From a virus (lineage: Duplodnaviria; Caudoviricetes), in the IMG/VR virus record IMGVR_UViG_3300034072_002231, positions 1 through 54,588 of that record: 54,588 nt of DNA, one strand, 5' to 3'. The notes under the pieces were generated by a model. That model had not been told where the DNA came from and did no database searches. It worked only from the letters and a program-made list of their open reading frames with translations. Positions 9,055-17,940 of this stretch are shown in pieces; position 1 is the first letter of the stretch; each line of letters opens with the position of its first letter. The translations under genes were made by a program, and so were the position numbers.

Positions 9055-9990
9055 ATGTTCAAGATACCAGATAAAATTCCTACTCGTCGATCGTCCGCTC
9101 AAGAATGGGCAGATTATGCAGAATTCAAATCGATTATAAATCAATCTCCTATTTCGTTGCGGGTTTTGATAAAGAATCCCTTGCTTATTTCAGATGAAAC
9201 TGACAATGAGGGAGCACAGGATGAAACAGATAGGTTTATAGCTTTTGTTGATGATATATCTTCTGAGATCAATTATAGAATTAGTATATCAAACGGAGGA
9301 TATCCTTTTATATTAACTAATAACGATTATGTCCTAGAGTACAACTCAACTGGAAATCAATACGATATAATATATAAGTATTTATTGTTGGCTACTAGAC
9401 ATAAAATGACAACTACTAATAGAATCCAAAATGGAATTGACGGAGCACTTCTTTTTGAATCATTATCTGCTGAAGTTGCAAGAAATTTTTTTGGTAATAG
9501 AGCTGAAGTAGATGTGTTTGGTACAAGTAGATCTAATGAAGGTGGATTTAGAGAGAAACTTACAAATACATTTAGAAGAGTTGGTGAAGGTGGTGCACTA
9601 AGAACACATCCCGCTTACAGGCCTCAAGATGATAAAGTGGATGTAATTGTTTGGAAAGGTTTTAGTGATTTAAGAACTTCAAAAATGATAGGTCTTGGAC
9701 AATGCAAAACAGGGACTAGTTGGCAGGCCAATACAGGAGAATTAAATGTTTCAAGTTTTTGTAAAACATGGTTCACCGAATCAATTGTAGTTGATCCACT
9801 AAAAATGTTTTTTACTGCTCAGGATTTTCCGAGAGAAATTTGGGATGCAAGGGCGTATCAAGCCGGTTTAGTATTCGACAGATTTCGGATAATTGATTAT
9901 TTGCCAGACCCACTCGACCCTAATTTATTAAATGATATAGCAGAATGGACTGCCGGAGCTGAATTTTTTATTCCTCCCCAAAACTCATAA
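9055..9990 (+). CDS. Putative PD-(D/E)xK restriction-endonuclease-fold protein
   Basis: FESLSAEV...DDKVDVIVW...GQCKTG (E...D...QxK, Mrr-like). Confidence 0.65.
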   Translation: MFKIPDKIPTRRSSAQEWADYAEFKSIINQSPISLRVLIKNPLLISDETDNEGAQDETDRFIAFVDDISSEINYRISISNGGYPFILTNNDYVLEYNSTGNQYDIIYKYLLLATRHKMTTTNRIQNGIDGALLFESLSAEVARNFFGNRAEVDVFGTSRSNEGGFREKLTNTFRRVGEGGALRTHPAYRPQDDKVDVIVWKGFSDLRTSKMIGLGQCKTGTSWQANTGELNVSSFCKTWFTESIVVDPLKMFFTAQDFPREIWDARAYQAGLVFDRFRIIDYLPDPLDPNLLNDIAEWTAGAEFFIPPQNS

Positions 9991-10010
9991 GCCCAGTTAA
10001 CCTGGGCTTT
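9989..10010. terminator. Bidirectional terminator between convergent genes
   Basis: AAGCCCAG TTAAC CTGGGCTTT. Confidence 0.7.
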
Positions 10011-10012
10011 CT

Positions 10013-10732
10013 TTATTTTTCGTGCCGATTAATAAATCCCGCTTCTTTAGAAGTTACTTTACCAGAAGCATATCCCTTAATTAGAGCAATTGTAAGCAAT
10101 ATTGAAATTAGTAAAGAGAAGATGATTGAATAGTCGGGTGCACAGTCTTTACATATATGATTTTGCAAAAATTCTGCAATTAGTCCAATCCACACTAAAA
10201 TTATTGCAATAGACATTAACTCATTAAGTTTAGATACTGAATAAATTGGAGTTTTCAGGCTATATACTGTCTTATACAAGGGACCGGTTATAAAGTCTTC
10301 TAAAGTGTCTATGTGCATTTCCCAATTTTCTTGCCACCTCTTACTTCCTTTAATATTTAACCACCATGTAATTGAGAATAAAAGCCCAAGTAATAACAAG
10401 TACAGATCTATATTTTTTGGCATTTTAATGCATGGGTCGGCAGTAATGACTGATATATATCCCCCAAATGTCAAAACTATAAATCCCCAAAAATATGTTG
10501 CCCGGGTCCAAAATTTATCTATTTCAAAGTTTCTTGTTTCCCATGCCTTTTCGTAAGCCAATTGTAGTTTATTTCTATGTTTCTTCTTGACAAAATATTT
10601 TTCTTTTTTTTCATCGTACTTAATTCCAAATCGCTCATAATATTGATTAGTATCTAATACTTTATAAGTATCCATTTTTCTCCAAAAATATTTATGGAAA
10701 ACTTCCTTGAAATACTCTTTTATTTTTTTCAT
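10013..10732 (-). CDS. Multi-pass membrane protein, RipA-family octameric membrane protein-like
   Basis: RNFEIDKFWTRATYFW, GSKRWQENWE and YSVSKLN motifs with four hydrophobic helices; family recalled from memory. Confidence 0.6.
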   Translation of the reverse strand: MKKIKEYFKEVFHKYFWRKMDTYKVLDTNQYYERFGIKYDEKKEKYFVKKKHRNKLQLAYEKAWETRNFEIDKFWTRATYFWGFIVLTFGGYISVITADPCIKMPKNIDLYLLLLGLLFSITWWLNIKGSKRWQENWEMHIDTLEDFITGPLYKTVYSLKTPIYSVSKLNELMSIAIILVWIGLIAEFLQNHICKDCAPDYSIIFSLLISILLTIALIKGYASGKVTSKEAGFINRHEK

Positions 10733-10831
10733 ATTCTTAATTGGCTTATGGAAAATTAATAAATAAACATTGTAAAATCACAACCTGTCACAAAATTTTC
10801 TTCATTTCCCTTAACTATCCTTTATTTTTCC

Positions 10832-10839
10832 TAAGTTTG
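10832..10839 (+). promoter_or_regulatory. Bacteroidota sigma-70 -7 box
   Basis: TAAGTTTG immediately before leader RNA copy 1. Confidence 0.65.
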
Positions 10840-10842
10840 TAG

Positions 10843-11001
10843 TGCGAAATACCAATTTTACTTCTATGTTTTTTAAATTCTCACTAATAATATCCCACAG
10901 CAAGGAAGGGGTTTGGAGCCCTATCCCTCGAGTAAAATCTGGTGTTTCGCAGTCCTTGTTTGTGGGTCTTTTAAATTCACTAAGATTATGCGAAACACCA
11001 G
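10843..11001 (+). ncRNA. c4/CI-like antisense leader RNA, copy 1
   Basis: Site 1 TGCGAAATACCAATTTTACT (10843-62); antisense AGTAAAATCTGGTGTTTCGCA (10931-51) inside stem CCCACAGCAAGGA/TCCTTGTTTGTGGG (10894-906/10953-66); site 2 TGCGAAACACCAG (10989-11001) on the start codon. Confidence 0.7.
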
Positions 11002-11266
11002 TGAAAACAAAGTTACATCCGTTCAGGATGTGTTGCCGGCAATAGCAGCCTTATTGCAGCGGCACGACAAAGAAACATTTACAAATGCCCCGGCAGTAAT
11101 CAGGCAAATGTTTGACGACATTCTTGATACAGATTCCGGAGACAACATGCAGTACCGGCAGGAAATTCTCATTACCCTGCGCGCCATTACAGATTTAGGC
11201 ACAACACTGCAGCCCTTTCCACAGGAAATTATCTGGCAACTGCAAAACCCTCCCGCAAATGGATAG
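10988..11266 (+). CDS. Hypothetical protein A1 (paralog of 42938..43216)
   Basis: ATG start reassigned from paralog (MRNT...QDVLPA...QYR...DLGTTLQPF). Confidence 0.8.
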   Translation: MRNTSENKVTSVQDVLPAIAALLQRHDKETFTNAPAVIRQMFDDILDTDSGDNMQYRQEILITLRAITDLGTTLQPFPQEIIWQLQNPPANG

Positions 11267-11660
11267 CGTGGGCACAATTATCGTAATGTACCCCAATGGT
11301 ACAGCGGTAAGATATGAAAACAGCACCATAAGGTTTGCGGCCGCCCAGCTCATAGCAATGAATATGCCCGGAAACGAAGCTCCGCTCTACCTGCAGCGCG
11401 AAGGGTCAGAAAACAAAATATACTACCTGGAGAGTGCACTAAAGCGCTACATAAAAGGCGAAAGCAGCTATCAGGACACTATGGTAGCCCTGCTGTGCAA
11501 TGGCCTGTACCGCAACAAGGCCGACATTACCGTTAATGGCCACGAAATAGATGCCGGCAGCCTGTGGTTCCGCCACAACAATAAGCTCGTGCTGTGCAGC
11601 GCAGATGAGTATGCCTCCCTGCACCTGACCGGTAATGAAGATAAATTTACAGAGTTGTAA
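11259..11660 (+). CDS. Hypothetical protein B1 (paralog of 43227..43643)
   Basis: CNGLYRNKA and DAGSLW match CHGLYRNNA and DAHSLW in paralog; overlaps A1 stop. Confidence 0.8.
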   Translation: MDSVGTIIVMYPNGTAVRYENSTIRFAAAQLIAMNMPGNEAPLYLQREGSENKIYYLESALKRYIKGESSYQDTMVALLCNGLYRNKADITVNGHEIDAGSLWFRHNNKLVLCSADEYASLHLTGNEDKFTEL

Positions 11661-11665
11661 TAAGC

Positions 11666-11695
11666 AAAACTCCCCGCAATAGCGGGGAGTTTTTT
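11666..11695. terminator. Bidirectional terminator
   Basis: AAAACTCCCCGC AATA GCGGGGAGTTTTTT. Confidence 0.85.
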
Positions 11696-12578
11696 AATTA
11701 TCCCATATTTTTAGTTTTTTTAATTCCCAGTAAAATCCAATTTGGCATTCTTCAATTTCACATTCTCTACAGCGCATACAGTCGTAAAATGCTATATCGC
11801 ATCTTTTTGCCTTTGCCCCGCGAATATCAATTTGGCTTTGGTCATACCCTCTTGCTGCCGTGCCACATTTATTAATAGACTTGTCAAGGACAATAACCCC
11901 TCCTTGTGACTTCGAAATAGTATTGTTGCAGATATAAACATTGTTACCAAATGAAATCCCTCTATCATCAAGAACAATTTTATTATTTAATCCAATATCT
12001 ATTTTAGCATATACAATTACTGCATCATTCTTGTTTAAAGTCAGGTTTAATAATATGTCTCTAGCTTTCTCGCGAAGTATATATGAAGTACCGGATACTT
12101 CCACATCCCAAATATCAGACGTGTGAGAAAGTTCATTATCAATAATTGAAAATACTGTTTTTCCTTTCCTCTTAGCAATAAAATTAATCAGAAAATCATC
12201 ATTTTCAGTTTTCTTTAAAGTCATGTAGAGTTCACCTAAAAAATTACAGATAATGCTCGCGCCAGTAAATTCTGAAATTTCATTATTCCCTAATATAATT
12301 TTAAGTGGTTTAAGCATAAGTTCCTGTGAGGCGGTCCATCCTTTCGAGTCAAAATTTTTAATTTTATCAAGTAAAAACTGCTTGCTTAAACTTCCTTTGT
12401 GTAGCATTTCGTGATGGTTAGGGCACAGAGGTACAAGATTTTCTAATTTATGCTCTTTTACAATTGCATATTCCTCAATGTGATGTATTTGATAATGTGG
12501 AATACCACAAATCACACATTTAAATCCATACTTTTGGCGACACTGTCGCCTCATTTCGGCTGGAATGATTTCTCTCAT
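11694..12578 (-). CDS. HNH endonuclease with C-terminal extension
   Basis: CVICG...IHHI...NLVPLCPNHH. Confidence 0.85.
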   Translation of the reverse strand: MREIIPAEMRRQCRQKYGFKCVICGIPHYQIHHIEEYAIVKEHKLENLVPLCPNHHEMLHKGSLSKQFLLDKIKNFDSKGWTASQELMLKPLKIILGNNEISEFTGASIICNFLGELYMTLKKTENDDFLINFIAKRKGKTVFSIIDNELSHTSDIWDVEVSGTSYILREKARDILLNLTLNKNDAVIVYAKIDIGLNNKIVLDDRGISFGNNVYICNNTISKSQGGVIVLDKSINKCGTAARGYDQSQIDIRGAKAKRCDIAFYDCMRCRECEIEECQIGFYWELKKLKIWDN

Positions 12579-12610
12579 TATGTTTAATAATTAGTTAGTA
12601 TATAATATTC

Positions 12611-13447
12611 TCATTTACAATCGCTGTTAAGCAATTCTTCAAATTTCAGTACTTTATACTTTATAATGGTGTCCTTTGCCCTGGCAATTTTTACTTCAGC
12701 AAAAATATAAGCATCATTAAAATAAGCTATTTCATAAGAGAGCTTATCCGGGGTGTCAAGAATCTTACTCTTAAGGTTGTCGAGGTTTGTAAGATTCTTT
12801 GGGATTTTATTTCCTTGATACATTCTTGTCATTCCTATAGCAAAAAATGTAATAAAACACAAAAGAAAAAATGTAGTTAATGAATATTCCAAATTCTTTA
12901 AAAACTTTTCTTTAAACCTAAAGAAAGGGGGAAGAGCAAAAAATAGTCCCGCAGAGATAAACAAAAATAGCTGGCTAAAAAAGAAATTAGATACTACTGA
13001 CCTGATATCTAAACTAATATACAAATCAATAACAGAACTTATGCAGAGATATGAGAACATTATAACCAACAATATAAAACAAACAAGTAGAAATATTCTA
13101 AAACCACCATTAGCCTTACCAATGATTTCAGCAATTGTTTCTTTTGTGGGTTCTGTGTTGTCCAGTTCAATTTCGTCAGGTAAATATTTATTCACATTAG
13201 GAGCTTTCTCATGAATTACTAGCCAATAGAACCCCAGTATAGGTACAAAGAGAAATAACAATAATACAAGTATAAAAAGTCCATCTGCAATCAACTGAGA
13301 GAGAGAGAAAAATCTTATGTAAGGCGCAGACATTCTAATAAGCATCATAATTTGGTATATGCCTCCTAACACAGTTGGTACTAACAATGATGCCGTAACA
13401 ATATCTTTTATTTGATTAGCTTTTACAGATAGGTATTCAATATTCAT
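12611..13447 (-). CDS. Hypothetical multi-pass membrane protein
   Basis: 278 aa with about five hydrophobic segments; AT-rich. Confidence 0.75.
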   Translation of the reverse strand: MNIEYLSVKANQIKDIVTASLLVPTVLGGIYQIMMLIRMSAPYIRFFSLSQLIADGLFILVLLLFLFVPILGFYWLVIHEKAPNVNKYLPDEIELDNTEPTKETIAEIIGKANGGFRIFLLVCFILLVIMFSYLCISSVIDLYISLDIRSVVSNFFFSQLFLFISAGLFFALPPFFRFKEKFLKNLEYSLTTFFLLCFITFFAIGMTRMYQGNKIPKNLTNLDNLKSKILDTPDKLSYEIAYFNDAYIFAEVKIARAKDTIIKYKVLKFEELLNSDCK

Positions 13448-13610
13448 CCAAGTAATTTTTAAGTTGTTGATTATGCTTTGTCTACTCCCCCTGCCGGTTC
13501 TGTGGCAGGTATAACATCATGCTCCCGGTACTGCATGGCCACAAAGCCCGGGGTACAGCCAAATGTACACATTTCCCCCTTTCCCCCATATAATTATTAA
13601 GCTGCTAAAA

Positions 13611-13840
13611 AACTGTAACTTTGTAACCAATGCCGCAAACTCCTGAAAATTATACTACTTAAAGGTTACACTTTATATATTTTTATGTAACCAGAGTTAC
13701 AAAAAAATTGTAACCAAAATAGTGGTTACAATTTTACAGATACAGCCCAAAAACAGGTTACAAAAAAATTGTATTACAAAACAATTTGATTATCAAGTAC
13801 TTACATACATAAAAACACGCGGTTACAGAGTTACACTTTT
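13611..13840. repeat. Putative replication origin: clustered GTAAC/GTTAC iterons
   Basis: About ten TGTAAC/GTTACA copies in both orientations in an AT-rich non-coding stretch. Confidence 0.65.
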
Positions 13841-13936
13841 TTAGAGTATTTTTTATACTACCTTATAATAAACTTTACTAATAAAAAGTTAACATATAAG
13901 TTTATTTTTATACTTTAGCCGATACATCACCTCACT

Positions 13937-14440
13937 ATGTCAAATCTGTTAAATAAAGTAAATACGCTTCCGTCTATTTGCGGTATAGAGCTGGCCACTG
14001 CCGGCACTATGCTGCCATCTGCTATAGAGGGCTACCAGCGCTTTGCAAATGCCATACCTCAGGATACTGATTTTGCTGCTGCCTACTTTGGCCGTGCTTC
14101 CGTTACCTTTTCGGAGGAAAGCGTTTCAGGCAGGCCCGGCACTTCCTTTAAGCAAAAGCTTATAATACAGTTCCCGGTATCCGACAGCCGCAGGTCAGAA
14201 CGCCTGGCGCTTATGCACAGGGTAAAATACATAAAGGTGCGCCTTTCCAACGGCAGGGATTTGCTCATTGGCCGTAACGACTTTGAGCAGAATACAGCCC
14301 CGCTCATTACCACAAGAACTGATGAAAGGCTTGGGCAGGCTGAATTTGAAACGTTTTCAATTTTTCCCACAGGGTATACCCCGGCATTTGATGCAGCGGG
14401 TATGCCTGAAATATTTCCAATAAGTTTTATTCCTGATTAA
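13937..14440 (+). CDS. Hypothetical phage (probably structural) protein
   Basis: 167 aa, first gene of tightly coupled operon. Confidence 0.7.
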   Translation: MSNLLNKVNTLPSICGIELATAGTMLPSAIEGYQRFANAIPQDTDFAAAYFGRASVTFSEESVSGRPGTSFKQKLIIQFPVSDSRRSERLALMHRVKYIKVRLSNGRDLLIGRNDFEQNTAPLITTRTDERLGQAEFETFSIFPTGYTPAFDAAGMPEIFPISFIPD

Positions 14441-14441
14441 T

Positions 14442-14987
14442 ATGGCTGTTGTATTTCCTTTACCTATAGAAAATAAAGTAGACCATCCGTCACTGGTGGC
14501 AATGGTGCAGGCCTTTGGTTCTATGTATTTCCTGAATGCGGAAGAATTTATGATGCTGCGGGATGGGCTAAATGAGCTGCATGCAACATTCCAGGAAAAT
14601 GCAGGGCTTGTAAATGATGCTTCGCCAACAGAGAGGGGCATACTAAAATTAGCGGGCGACCTTGCCGGTACCGCCGATGCGCCAACGGTTCCTAACAAGC
14701 TTAACAAGCCGCAGCTCCCGGCAGAGCTTGCATTAATAAGCTATGGCCCCGATGGGCAGACAGGTACATTAGTGGCAAAAGAATTTGATATTTTTGACGA
14801 TACCATAACAGAATATGCCACAATAAACGAGCTTGTTACCATAGGTGGCTACAGCCAGGATAACGGCTACACCAAAGGCACAAGGGTAATTTGCGGCAAG
14901 CTTCAGCCTCCGGTCATATACCATAAGTACGACAATACAGACACAGCCTGGATAAAAGTACAGGCAGCAGCAATACCACAGGGATGA
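14442..14987 (+). CDS. Putative tail fibre-related protein
   Basis: DASPTERGILKLAGDLAGTADAP resembles a phage tail fibre repeat motif. Confidence 0.55.
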   Translation: MAVVFPLPIENKVDHPSLVAMVQAFGSMYFLNAEEFMMLRDGLNELHATFQENAGLVNDASPTERGILKLAGDLAGTADAPTVPNKLNKPQLPAELALISYGPDGQTGTLVAKEFDIFDDTITEYATINELVTIGGYSQDNGYTKGTRVICGKLQPPVIYHKYDNTDTAWIKVQAAAIPQG

Positions 14988-16591
14988 TTTTAAAACGATT
15001 CGATAATGCCATAAAACGTATAGACGGTTTTGTACCCGTTGTGCAGGAAGAAGGTGAAATTATTTTCAGCTTCCGCACTTACGGCACCTGTTTTCCTGTT
15101 CGCAGTGGGATCAGGCCTGCACAGTTATGGTTTTATTCGGAGCCTGGTGTAGATAATGCCATTTCGATAGACTATGCCGATGGTACCGGCTGGCACACCT
15201 ATACGTTCAGGGGCTTTAACCAGGATAAGATTATCAGGTTCTACTGCGGCACAGGCAGCAACCCTGCTACAGTATCGGGCCCCGCTGTTTATGATGTAAA
15301 GCCAAACGATGGCTTAGGTGGTGGCACCTATGGCATCCACTTTTATCAGGATCTTGACAATCCTACAAAAATCAATACGGTTGACCATACCTATCCGCAG
15401 GAGCGTGTTGTACGGGTAAAGTTTGCAGAGCGAAGCTATATCCGCACGATCCGTTTTATTGATGCCGGGTTTAAGGGTGAGTTTCCTTCACTGGCCAAGA
15501 TACGCAATCTCGAATGGCTGGAGCTGTCCTACCTAATGACATTATCGTCATTCAACAATCAGGCGCTGCGCACGCTCCTCAAGAAAATTACACTTGCATC
15601 GCTTGGCTTCAACTCTTCTGTGTTGCCATTGTGGATAAGGCAAAGCCCAACAGAAGAGCTTGACCTGAGCGATTTTATTATCCTCAATTCGGCTTCTGAT
15701 TTTGCACAGACCGTATTACCGGTTAAAGGCACACTCAAAAGGCTAATCCTTAACAATGTCAATATTAACTATGCCCTTCCGGATGCCTTTATACAACTCG
15801 AAGAGTTAGTAGAGTTCCAGTCAAGGGAAAACGTTTTTCCGGCTCCCGATTTTACATTTCCGCAGGATTTAAGCAACCTGGTAAATTTTACCACGCTTGA
15901 TGTTCAGGGCAAGGTAAGCTTTCCGCTATCACAGATAAAGCGCTTCATTCAGGAAGTGCCTTCAGTGCAAAAAAGCCTTAACCTGCGTGCTTGGGGTGCT
16001 ACCACTACATCAAAAGATATTGTGCTGGATGCAGATGATTATTCAGTGGAAACTTTTAACGGCGCTTACGGCCGCTGGAACAATGGCGTGCCGCCAACGT
16101 GTGTTAACCAGATGCGTAATTTAAAAACGCTGATAATTTATAAGCCAAGCAACCTCACGACCAACACTGCCTTAACAGGTTGGGGGAATTTTTCAAATGC
16201 AACGGAATTGCAGACAATTGAATTCTATAGGCAGCGCTATATGGACCTTACGCTACCCGCGTGGTTCCCTGTGCTTACCAAATTAAAAAGGCTGACTGTT
16301 TACGGTTGCTTCGATAGCCAGGAAAAAGCCGACAATTTTGTAAACAGCGTTTACAGTATGGTTACGGCAAATGCTTCGATGGTTACCGGTAACACAGCCT
16401 TCCGGCACATGACCTTAGAGCTGTGGGGTTCCGGTTCTACAACAGCAGATTCCTTCCGTCCGTCAGGAACCTATCAGCAGCCCTCCGGTTATGTGCAGGG
16501 CAGCCAGAACGGTACTGCCGACACGCCTTTAAAAAAAATCTGGGTACTAACCAATCAATACGCACACACATGGCTGCTACCACCTTCCTAA
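14984..16591 (+). CDS. Leucine-rich repeat protein
   Basis: Repeated LxxLxL units: NLEWLELSY, TLKRLILNN, NLKTLIIY, KLKRLTVY. Confidence 0.75.
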   Translation: MILKRFDNAIKRIDGFVPVVQEEGEIIFSFRTYGTCFPVRSGIRPAQLWFYSEPGVDNAISIDYADGTGWHTYTFRGFNQDKIIRFYCGTGSNPATVSGPAVYDVKPNDGLGGGTYGIHFYQDLDNPTKINTVDHTYPQERVVRVKFAERSYIRTIRFIDAGFKGEFPSLAKIRNLEWLELSYLMTLSSFNNQALRTLLKKITLASLGFNSSVLPLWIRQSPTEELDLSDFIILNSASDFAQTVLPVKGTLKRLILNNVNINYALPDAFIQLEELVEFQSRENVFPAPDFTFPQDLSNLVNFTTLDVQGKVSFPLSQIKRFIQEVPSVQKSLNLRAWGATTTSKDIVLDADDYSVETFNGAYGRWNNGVPPTCVNQMRNLKTLIIYKPSNLTTNTALTGWGNFSNATELQTIEFYRQRYMDLTLPAWFPVLTKLKRLTVYGCFDSQEKADNFVNSVYSMVTANASMVTGNTAFRHMTLELWGSGSTTADSFRPSGTYQQPSGYVQGSQNGTADTPLKKIWVLTNQYAHTWLLPPS

Positions 16592-16752
16592 TCACATATT
16601 ACGAAAAAGAAATCATCTCTGTATCGCCTTTTACAGGCGGTACTGTGATGGGTAGCAGCTACGAGATCATGACCCTGGAAGATGCGCACGCGCATTTTCA
16701 GGGCTACACAGGTATAGAAAAATTAGATTTTTATGAAAAGGCAGAAATATGA
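16570..16752 (+). CDS. Hypothetical phage protein
   Basis: ATG at 16570 (MAATTFLITYY...), stop overlaps next start. Confidence 0.55.
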   Translation: MAATTFLITYYEKEIISVSPFTGGTVMGSSYEIMTLEDAHAHFQGYTGIEKLDFYEKAEI

Positions 16753-17303
16753 GTTACATTGTACCGGTTCAAATCCGAAAGCACCTGATCCCGTTCTTCT
16801 TCAAAGAGTTTGAAGGAGAGCAACAAACCTATCTCGAAAAAGAGGTAACAGCTATTAAAATTTCTTCAAGAAGCTCACTTGGCAAGCTGATAAGGATGTT
16901 TACCATTAAGGCAGAAACCCCGGCACAAACACGTTTTTATCAGCTCTACCTCTCGGTAGAGGAAACACCGGAAGGCAAAGTACTGGAGGGTACGGCCTAT
17001 TCATTTGAATCAGGCACAAACAGTTTCCTCCAGTTGCCGCAGGATGCCACAAAAGTCATCAATGAACTGATGGAGGATATCTTCAGGATATCCTTTATCT
17101 ACTATGTGGATGGCTATATGAAAGATGACAGCTCGCGCCTGAGCGATGCCATCTACAAATTTATAGATATGTATGACCTGCTGGAGTGTGGCTTCGACTT
17201 TGAAGCCATGCGCCAGCTCTACTACCGCGAAAAAAAAAAGGACTGCAAGCTGAGCAGGCTACAGATACGTACCGCAAACCGCGTGTACAATAACGAGCAA
17301 TAA
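16749..17303 (+). CDS. Hypothetical protein, candidate late-gene regulator
   Basis: 184 aa; directly precedes first late-promoter motif; function inferred from position only. Confidence 0.55.
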   Translation: MSYIVPVQIRKHLIPFFFKEFEGEQQTYLEKEVTAIKISSRSSLGKLIRMFTIKAETPAQTRFYQLYLSVEETPEGKVLEGTAYSFESGTNSFLQLPQDATKVINELMEDIFRISFIYYVDGYMKDDSSRLSDAIYKFIDMYDLLECGFDFEAMRQLYYREKKKDCKLSRLQIRTANRVYNNEQ

Positions 17304-17304
17304 A

Positions 17305-17343
17305 TCATATTACATCCTAAGTTTTTTATTGCCATTAAGTTTG
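17305..17343 (+). promoter_or_regulatory. Putative late promoter 1 (lysis)
   Basis: TCATATTACAT-N20-TAAGTTTG. Confidence 0.6.
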
Positions 17344-17364
17344 GGGCATCTAATACTCCAGGCG

Positions 17365-17940
17365 ATGAAATTTTTAAACTATATCCTGAAAGCATTTGGC
17401 TATTGCGATGCACAAGACTTCAGCACAACTGTTTTCAAACTGTTTTATTTTGACAACCTCAAGATAACGTTACCCATAATTGTTTCGCTTGGCACAATAC
17501 GCGAATTTGTAGAGGTAAGTACAGGGCTTAACCTTGCAGCTCTCATCGCATTCGTTTGGTTATGCTCAGCAGAATTTTATACCGGTGTTAAAGCTGCAAT
17601 TATAAAAAAGAAAGAAAGAATCCAGAGCCGTAAGATGGGCCGGATGATACTGAAAATAGGTGTTTACATTCAGATACTTTGGCTTCTTAATTCTTTCGCT
17701 GTAAACGTTGAAAACAGGGAAATCATAGGCTTTGAGATAAATCCGTTCGGATGGCTCTATTATATAGTGCTTGTAGGTATAGTATTCCAGATGGTAATCA
17801 GCTATTTGGAAAATCTCTCTATACTCGGATATTCAGAAGCAAAAGGCCTGCTTGGTGTGATACTTAGAAAATTCAACACCTGGTTTGAATTTGATGGCTC
17901 TAAAAATGCAGATAATTTTAAATCCGATAACAATGAGTAG
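17365..17940 (+). CDS. Putative holin
   Basis: About four TM helices, SYLENL motif, immediately upstream of amidase; ATG at 17365. Confidence 0.7.
   Translation: MKFLNYILKAFGYCDAQDFSTTVFKLFYFDNLKITLPIIVSLGTIREFVEVSTGLNLAALIAFVWLCSAEFYTGVKAAIIKKKERIQSRKMGRMILKIGVYIQILWLLNSFAVNVENREIIGFEINPFGWLYYIVLVGIVFQMVISYLENLSILGYSEAKGLLGVILRKFNTWFEFDGSKNADNFKSDNNE

Noticed and set aside
10842-11045. 67-aa GTG ORF and the longer 10913 start for A1
   Set aside because: They overlap the structured leader; the paralog supports ATG 10988. A leader-peptide role is not excluded
13471-13572. 33-aa minus-strand ORF (MCTFGCTPG...)
   Set aside because: Short, no motif or supporting context
13611-13840. CRISPR array
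   Set aside because: Repeats are 5-8 bp, in both orientations and irregularly spaced; no cas genes
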